Source: Eledone cirrhosa (lineage: Eukaryota). From it: 64,000 bases of DNA. The stretch is from NCBI GenBank assembly GCA_964016885.1, contig OZ024741.1:151156001-151220000 (forward strand), read 5' to 3'. The notes beneath the pieces were generated by a model, which searched no databases, was not told the DNA's origin, and worked only from the letters and a program-made list of their open reading frames with translations. The first letter of the stretch is position 1. Every line of letters starts with the position of its first letter. Positions 56,057-64,000 of this stretch are shown piece by piece. Both the position numbers and the translations under genes were made by a program.

Positions 56057-57872
56057 TATTATATAAATCTTTTGCGTTGGAGGTGACGCCACCCGTTCTG
56101 CGCATGCTAAAAACATTCGCGCTGGTAAGCCATGTCAATCTACGTTTGTTACGCCTAGAGTACAAACGTCTAGTGCGCACTCATCGGATTATCATTTTCA
56201 CGCATGATGACCGAACGCAGAGATATTGCATCACGTTTTGCCAAAAGCTTGGTGATACTCAAGCTCAAACCACCCAGAAGTTTCAGCGGGCCTTTCGCGA
56301 TGATGGCATGTGCGAAACTCAGATGAAAGAGTGTAACAATCCAGTAGATTGCTCACGAAGTGGGAATAAAATCATTGCATTCCATTTTAACGGAGGATTT
56401 GTGCAAGCAAAGAGTTTCGGCGAAATTCGTCCACAAGGTACTGACATGACAGCGAAAGCAATTCTGCATGGAAATTGCTCAGGATATGCTGGACTGTCTG
56501 AACCACGATCCAGACTTCATGAAGACCATCATTACGACCCGGAAACCAAGTTCCAGTCCTACACAAAAAGCGCGCCAGAGGAAGGTAATGTTAACCAGTT
56601 TCTTAGACTCCTTTGGTATTATGCGCACTACAAGGCCAAACAATCAATACCTGGAGGTTATACATCACCTTCGTGATACTTGGGTTGAAAGCAGCCGGAC
56701 ATGTGGACGGCGAAGAATTGCCAACTTCACTACGACCATGCGCCCACTCATCTCGGCCTCATAATCCAAGCTTTCCTGATGAAGAACACAACACTTGTTC
56801 TACTGGCGCCCTACTCCCCCGACTTGGCACCTTGTGACTTCCGGCTCTTCCCTTAACAGAAATCCTCGATGAAAAAGAAGTATTTGAGTCGCAAAATGTT
56901 AATTATGAGAAAAATGACGGCGGAGCTCGATAGTATTCCAGAGAGGGCGTCCCAGAGGTGTTATCAGCAGTGGCAGAACAGCTGGGAGAAGTGTGTGAAC
57001 TCCCAAGGGGAGTATTTTGAGGGTGATTAAATTAAAATTGTGTGTACAAGTTTTTTATTTTATACCCAAAGGTCGGATACCTTTTGAACGCACCTCGTAG
57101 ATTAATGGTGGTATAGACATTAATACATTCAATTGAATATATCATCACAACGTAATGTTTTAGTTAAACAATTTGATACCAGCCCAGCCCAGTCAAAACT
57201 GGTTCTGGTTCAATGAAACAAAACCACTGATTTTAAAAGGTTCTTACCTAAATTAGAATTTTCGAACATAATTTTATATAAGAACCCTATGTTAAGTTAC
57301 TATCTTAGGAAAGAAATAATTAATAATATTAGTTAATCTCTTAATAATATTAGTTAACCTCTTAAAATTCTTCATTAAATGATTGAAATAGTGTGTTCCT
57401 AAAGACTTCAAACATAATTTAATATAAGAACCATATGTTAAGATACAATTTCTTAGTAATGAAATAATTAATAATTTGAGTAAATCCCTGACAATAATTA
57501 ATTAAAATAATATGAATTTCGTTAGAAATACTGTCACGAAAGGATTAATTCAAACTAATGTTTACATAAATATACCTTTTTGCAATAATATACTCAATCG
57601 ATATTAGTTTTATCTGTAAATTCACGAAATTCGGTATGTATTTTGAATATAAAATATCTTAGCTTGCGTTTTCATTCAGTTCATAAAATTCTTATGTTGT
57701 AATATAATATTTTAAAACTTGTTTGATTTCATTGAATATTTCATGTTTTGTTTTATTGTTGGTTTTGCTCATGTTTTCCACAGACGAAGATAATTATTTT
57801 AGTACGAGCTTTTATACCCATACATACACAAGCATACGTACATAAATACACTAACATACTCGTGCACACACA

Positions 57873-57945
<73 letters not shown>

Positions 57946-60454
57946 GAGGCCTTTCAAAGGCACTTTGCCCGGCTGTTCGGGAGGGGCGGGGAGCCGGTTG
58001 GGAACGTGGACTTCGGTCCATACCTCGACGGCCTGCCGCGTCTCTCGGACAGGGAGGCGAAGTCCTGCGAGGAGCCGATTTCGGCTGCTGAGATAGAGGA
58101 CGTGCTGAGCCAATGCGGCAAACGCAAATCCCCGGGTCTCGATGGTCTTCCTTACGAATTATATCTAGCTATGCCGGACTTGTTCCCCGATATCCTCGAG
58201 GCGGTCTACTGCAACTGGCAACAGAACGGGAGAATTCCCTGTACTGTGACCAAGGGCGTAGTCACGCTAGTGAGGAAGGACGAGAACAAGGGGGACGGAA
58301 TAAGTAACTTCAGGCCCATAACTCTGCTAAATACAGAGTTACAGATTTTGGCGAAGGTGCTAGCAACGAGGTTGGCGCTTGTCGTGGGCAACCTGGTGGG
58401 AGATGCGCAGACATGCGCTATCCCGTCCAGGTCCATCCATGACAACCTCCACCTCATGCGATACATCATAGAGAGGGTTGAGAACGAACCCGGCTTTGGT
58501 GGGGCTCTGATCAACTTGGATCAATCTAAGGCGTTCGATAGGGTCGACCATGGTTACCTGGATGGGGTGCTAGCGGCGGCAGGCTTCGGACCCGTTTTCA
58601 GGGGCTGGATCACTGCTATGCACAGCAGCCGCATCTGCTCTAGGGTCAAGGTGAACGGCTACCTCTCGGAGCCGTTCAAAATCGCGCGGTCCATCTGACA
58701 AGGGTGCCCTCTCTCCTCCCTTCTGTATGTGTTGACTCTCGAGCCACTACTGCGGAAGTTGGAGTTGTTGCAGGGCATCCCTTTGGAACCGGGATTGCGG
58801 AAAGCGGTGTCAGCCTACGCCGATGACGTGACAGTAATGGTGTCGACGGCCTCCGAAATCGAGGCGGTCGGCACCTTATTGGAGTAGAACGAAAGGTTCA
58901 CAGGGGCTAAGCTGAACCGGGACAAGTCGATCGGTTTGCAACTCGGCACGTGGAGGGGAAGACCGATGCCCTCCGATGGCGTCGTCGGACGCTGGACGGA
59001 GGGCCCGGTGAAGTTGCTCGGGGTCTGGTTCGGACCGGACCTCCAGGTGGAGAAGAACTGGGCGGAGGTTACGAACAGGGTGTTTGCACTGACCCAGAAG
59101 TGGGCCAGTTGCAAACTATCCCTGAAAGGTCGGGCGGAGGTGGCGAACACTTATATAGCGTCCGTCATCTACTACCGCCTGACCGTAGTGCCCTGCCCAA
59201 GGGAAACCCTCGCCAAGATGGAGCGCGCGCTCTTCCAATTCCTTTGGAAGAGGCGGGCTCCTATGGTGAGGAGATCCATCTGCTGTCAACACCCTTCGAA
59301 AGGAGGGCTGGGGATGCCGTGGCTAATGATGCGTAAACACGCATTAAGGCTACGGCACCTCTACGTATTCCTCACCGGTCAACCAGTGTGGGCCGCGTTT
59401 GTGAGACGAACCTTTCCCAGACTCGTCTCACTCACCGAGCTGCAATCCTGGGTCAAGCAAAGACCGAGAAAACTGGGCACCTGGCACACTGAGTGTGCCC
59501 AGGCGCTCACCGCCCTCTGGCAGGCGGATCCGGTTATCAGTGGAGACTCCACCGCAACATTCTATAGAGGGCTGGTACGCAGCAGGTGCGACGACGCCCT
59601 CGGAGAAGCCCTAGACATGGAGGAGGACGAACTGGCCAGCCTGTTCGGTAGGACATTCAGCCCGGGACCTATGGACAACATCCAGAAGTCCCTGGCCTGG
59701 CAGTGCTACCGAGGGGCTCTACCCGTTCTAGAAAAGCTCTACAGACACGGGCGCCCGGGTAGGGACCCCGCCAAAAAGATCTGTCCCAGATGCGTGTGCG
59801 ACGAGGAAACCGTTGCACACGCATTGGTACACTGCTCGGGCGTAGCTGATCTGTGGGGCTATGTCGAACAACTGCTGTCAAGGGTGGGACCGATCCGGTT
59901 GACCACCGAGTCTATTGTAATGATCAAGCCGCCTCCCGCCTTCAAAGATGAAGCAGAGGCGGTGTTTCTGTGCGTAATAGCCATGGCGAAAGAGGTTGTA
60001 TGGTGGACGCGTCTGAAAGGACTGAGGTCAGGCACCTTTCTCTCTGGCCAACAACTGGTCCGTTTCTTCCGATATCATTTCGGAAGAAGGATCAGGATGG
60101 AGAGAGAGGTGCTCCACCCCAGTCGTTTTTATGAAAGGTGGGTGAAAGTGGCGAGAATGGCCCGTGTGAATGGGCCTTCTCTTTACATAAGCCTGTAGGT
60201 GGAAAAGAGGAAGGAACGAGGGAGCACCCCCTCCCTGTGCTCCTGAGGAAAAGGGTTGCACACTTTTTTCGGGGCGTGTGCGACCTCCCAAGGCGCCTCC
60301 TCTCTATTGAGGATTTTGTTATAAATTTTATTTTTTGTTATATATTATTTTTATATATTGTTATTGCCTCCTCCTTGTTGAGGACGCCTTTTTGTGTAAA
60401 CTCCCCCCTTGTACTTGTCCCACTTTTGATGCCATGGTGGCAAATAAAAGAAAC
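57946..60454 (+). mobile_element. 5'-truncated Tx1-family LINE inside (TATC)n
   Basis: RT to C-terminus with stops at 58696 and ~58885; (TATC)n 57873-57945 and from 60456; 3' end aaataaaagaaac. Confidence 0.92.
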
Positions 60455-60455
60455 A

Positions 60456-60486
<31 letters not shown>

Positions 60487-60505
60487 TTATCTATCTATCT
60501 ATCGA

Positions 60506-60590
<85 letters not shown>

Positions 60591-62343
60591 GTTTTATCCA
60601 TGTTTAAAGTATAGCTCAAGAGAATATTTGTATGTTATAATAATAATATATTTACGTAGGTTTGTGTGTGTGTAATGTTTGCATTTTTCAAGTATTCATG
60701 GCATATTGGTTTGATTTAAAAGCCTATAAGAAAGCTTAGTTATTTGCAATAATCACAGCATATATATAAGTGTCTTGACATTAAGAATCCACACACATAA
60801 TCACACACACAAACGTACAGGCACAGACACACAGACACATGCACACACACACAAACATACACATACACGCACTCACATATATTCTTGTGTGAGTGTGTAA
60901 GTGTGTAAAGAAATATACATACAAGAATGCGGAGAATGAAACATATTTGTATGCTAAAAATGCAAAAAATAGAAAGAATAGTATTTCGAAATATTTAAAT
61001 CTAACTATATACTCAAGGATTTGGCGTTCTGTGTTATGATTTGTATTGGGAGACAATAAATGTATATAGACATATAGCGGAGTCGACATTGGCAATCTCG
61101 AGAAAAGAGTTTGTGTGTGTGTATATACCCATATATGTAGTTTATATGTATATATCGGCTGGAAGTGTGTTGGTTCGCAGAAGTGATAGGAAGAAAGGAA
61201 TAAAGGAAGAATATGGACGAGACAAGATCACACAAACCTCTATTAACCTCTTCAGCTTTCAGACCGTGGTTTCGCACGATTTAATTTGAGAGCACCATAT
61301 AAAATTGCTGGCTCGTATAACAGAAAAAATAATTATTTCTGATGATAAAACCAACAAATTAGATTGACCGACAGACGGAGGTGCTGCGGAGGTGAAAGCA
61401 AGCAGAAGTGATATGCAAGAGCGGCGGTAGGAGAAGGGGGAAGAGAAGAAAAGAAGCAGCAAGAAGAAGGGAAGGGTGTGGGAGAGAGAGAAATAACGAA
61501 AGACGAAAGGAATAAAAGGAAGAGGAAAAGAAATAGTATCCGTCTAAAATATAAAGATAATCTAGCTGTTTTCTCGAAGATTGAGCTCGATGCGAATCAA
61601 TTAGAAAACATAGAGTAATGAAAAATATCTCATTTCTGTCTTTTGAGGTAAATTTTACCCGATGCTGTTATTGATGGCATTTTGCAGTTTTAACAGCTAT
61701 TCTTGCGTTGACTTTTTCTCATTATTCTATGATTTTTAATACACTCACGCTAGAACTCGATCTTCGAAATAACTTTGTTTATATATATATATATATATAT
61801 ATACAGCAAGAGAGGGAGAGAGAAGGAGAAGGAGAAGGAGAGAGAGAGAGAGAAAAAGCGAGAGAGAGAGAGAGAGAGATAGAGAGAGAGAGAGACTGTG
61901 ACTCTGACGTGTGTGAAATAAAGATGTTTGTGAAATAGAGACATCTGAGTAGTGTGGGCGTTTTAGCACAACACAAATATGTCAGCAGGAATACTGAGGT
62001 CATGTCTGCCGGCTAAAGATAGTCTTACTAATTATCAATAGTGTTCACAGCACCTATTTGCATCCAGCTCCCTGAAGAAAGTCATATTATGCCGTTTTGC
62101 TGGCTTGCAAAAATTCATATATACCTGCATAACGTACTTACAAATTCGTGAAAGCAGCATGGATGTATGGTTGAGATGCTCGTAATCATTAGGCTCCGGG
62201 TTGATTCACAGTGCGTGTATGTGTGCATCTCTCTCTCTCTCTCTTACCCCCTTCCTCTCTCTCTCTATATATATATACATATATACACATATATCTAATG
62301 ACTTGATTTTTTATTTCATTGTTTTAACTTATATATATATATA

Positions 62344-62490
62344 TACAGGTAAAATTCGGTTATAAGGATTACCATTATAACGAATTTTTCTGTATAACAA
62401 ATTTTTTTTCAATCCCCGCCACACGCTCGATGTGTTGGGTCGATTTGGTTATAAAGAATGTTTCGTTACAACGAATTTCTCTGTATGTAT
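62344..62490. mobile_element. Possible Tc1/pogo-type MITE remnant
   Basis: TA-CAGGTAAAATTCGGTTATAA with repeated (g)ttataacgaa motifs; second TIR not clear. Confidence 0.3.
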
Positions 62491-62884
62491 ATAAAGAATA
62501 AGTTCGAAGTTTCAGTTCAACATGTTTTATTCGTAATCACACGTAACAAGTGTCTTGCAAATTACTAACTTAATCGGTTACGACCAGAATATGATTGAGA
62601 TGAACATATTCCGAATCGAACTTCCATTTAGTTTAATGAGCAAATCAATCCTAATTTGCGAAACACGTGTTATGCGTGATTAGAAATAATATATGTCGAA
62701 TTGAAACTTTGAAACATTTCTCTTTATAAACATTCTGCATATTAAGCAATAACAAACAGATGTCAATGTTAGTACACAATTTCTAAAACGAAATATTCAA
62801 AGCACCTATGAATATTGAATGCTGAAACAGGTTCCTATTATAGTAATTTGTATTATTCACCAACTGACCATAGAGCTGAATATT

Positions 62885-62940
<56 letters not shown>

Positions 62941-62941
<1 letters not shown>

Positions 62942-64000
62942 TAGAAGAGGCACTTAGGAGTGGCAACGTAGCCAGCGCGCTAGCGACGAGAACGGCCTTG
63001 GATCAGTTCTTCGACGCAAAGCATGAAGGCTGCGTTGTCAGAAGCAAAATACGTGCTCTGGGAAACGAGGGAGCTAAAGCTGTTAGTTGGGCCCGAGTGA
63101 CGGAGGCTAAAAGTGGCAACAAGTCGACGATTCGGTCTTTGAAGGACCAAGAAGGACGCGTGATACGTGAGCCAAAGCAAATGTGCTCGGCCTTTCAGCA
63201 GCACTTTGCTCAACTGTACGGGTAGGGCGGCACGCTGGGAGGGGCTATGGATTTCGGTCCATACCTCGACGGCCTACCGCGACTCTCGGACAGCGAGGTG
63301 AAGTTCTGCGAAAGGCCAATTTTGGCCGCTGAGATAGGGGACGCGCTGAGGCAATGCGGCAACGGAAATCACCAGGTCTCGACGGTCTACCTTACGAATT
63401 TTACGCAGCAATGCCGGACTTGTTCTCCGGTCTCCTGCAACTGGCAGCAGAACGGGAGAATTCCCAGTTCTATGACCAAGGACGTAATCACGTTAGTCAG
63501 GAAGGACGAGAACAAGGGGGATGGCATAGGCAACTTCCGGCCCATAACTCTGCTCAACACAGAGTTACAGATTTTGGCCAAGGTGTTGGCAGAGAGGCTG
63601 GCGCTTATCGTCGCAAACACTCGCTCAGGCTGCGGCACCTCCACGTATTCCTCACCAGACAACCGGTGTGGGCCCCGTTCGTGAGGCGTGCCTTCCCACG
63701 ACTCGTCTCGCTGACCGAGCTGCAGTCCTGCGTCAAGCAAAGGCCGAGGAAAATGGGCGACTGGCACATCGAATGTGCTCAGGCGCTCACAGTCCTCTGG
63801 CAAAGGGACCCGGCGATCAGTGGAGTCTACACTTCAACATTCTATAGAGGGTTGGTCCGCAGCAAGTGCGACGACGCGCTCGGAGAAACTCTAGGCGTAG
63901 AGGAGGACGAACTGGCCAGTCTGTTCGGTAGGACCTTCCGCCCGGGACCAATGGACAACTTCCAAAATTTCCCTGGCCTGCCAGTTCTACCGAGGAGCTC
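62941..64000 (+). mobile_element. 5'-truncated, internally deleted Tx1-family LINE after (TATC)n; runs off the window
   Basis: LEEALRSGNVASALATRTALDQFFDAKHEG.., FRPITLLN; RT core deleted at ~63612; (TATC)n 62886-62940. Confidence 0.9.

Larger units (their letters stand above)
54917..57099 (+). mobile_element. Degenerate mariner transposon interrupted by a Helitron
   Basis: QRYCITFCQKLGDT..; PYSPDLAPCDFRLFP at ~56809-56853; right TIR ggtcggataccttttgaacgcacctcgTA; decayed left TIR gtgtgttaaaacatatcggacttt at ~54922. Confidence 0.75.

Noticed and set aside
55945-56676. 243-aa ORF as a novel gene
   Set aside because: Chance read-through from the Helitron 3' end into frameshifted mariner transposase
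58696-58698. Programmed readthrough of TGA in the Tx1 RT
   Set aside because: The homologous codon in the 37-40 kb copy is CGA (Arg), so this is CpG decay; a second stop follows at ~58885

Overview
Eukaryotic, AT-rich, apparently intergenic or intronic DNA with no host gene I can support. It is saturated with (TA)n, (CA)n, (GA)n and (TATC)n microsatellites and with transposable elements. The SINE motifs and microsatellite load suggest an octopus or other cephalopod (inference). Most short ORFs in the track are microsatellite artefacts. Real content: (1) a near full-length Tx1/L1-clade LINE plus five fragments, nearly all abutting (TATC)n on the sense strand, which suggests a GATA-repeat-targeting family; (2) a Penelope-like element (PLE, Naiad-type RT + GIY-YIG) with an inverted 5' end, several PLE remnants, and many small fold-back elements inserted in (TA)n; (3) about 17 intact or degenerate type I hammerhead ribozyme (HHR) motifs from roughly nine unrelated repeat families, including compensatory U3-A8 cores, a family-fixed A4 core, a 591-bp tandem unit and a ~427-bp circularly permuted unit that look like retrozymes; (4) CRE and RTE fragments, three Helitrons, two mariners and SINEs. 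All calls are by eye; none were checked by search or folding software.
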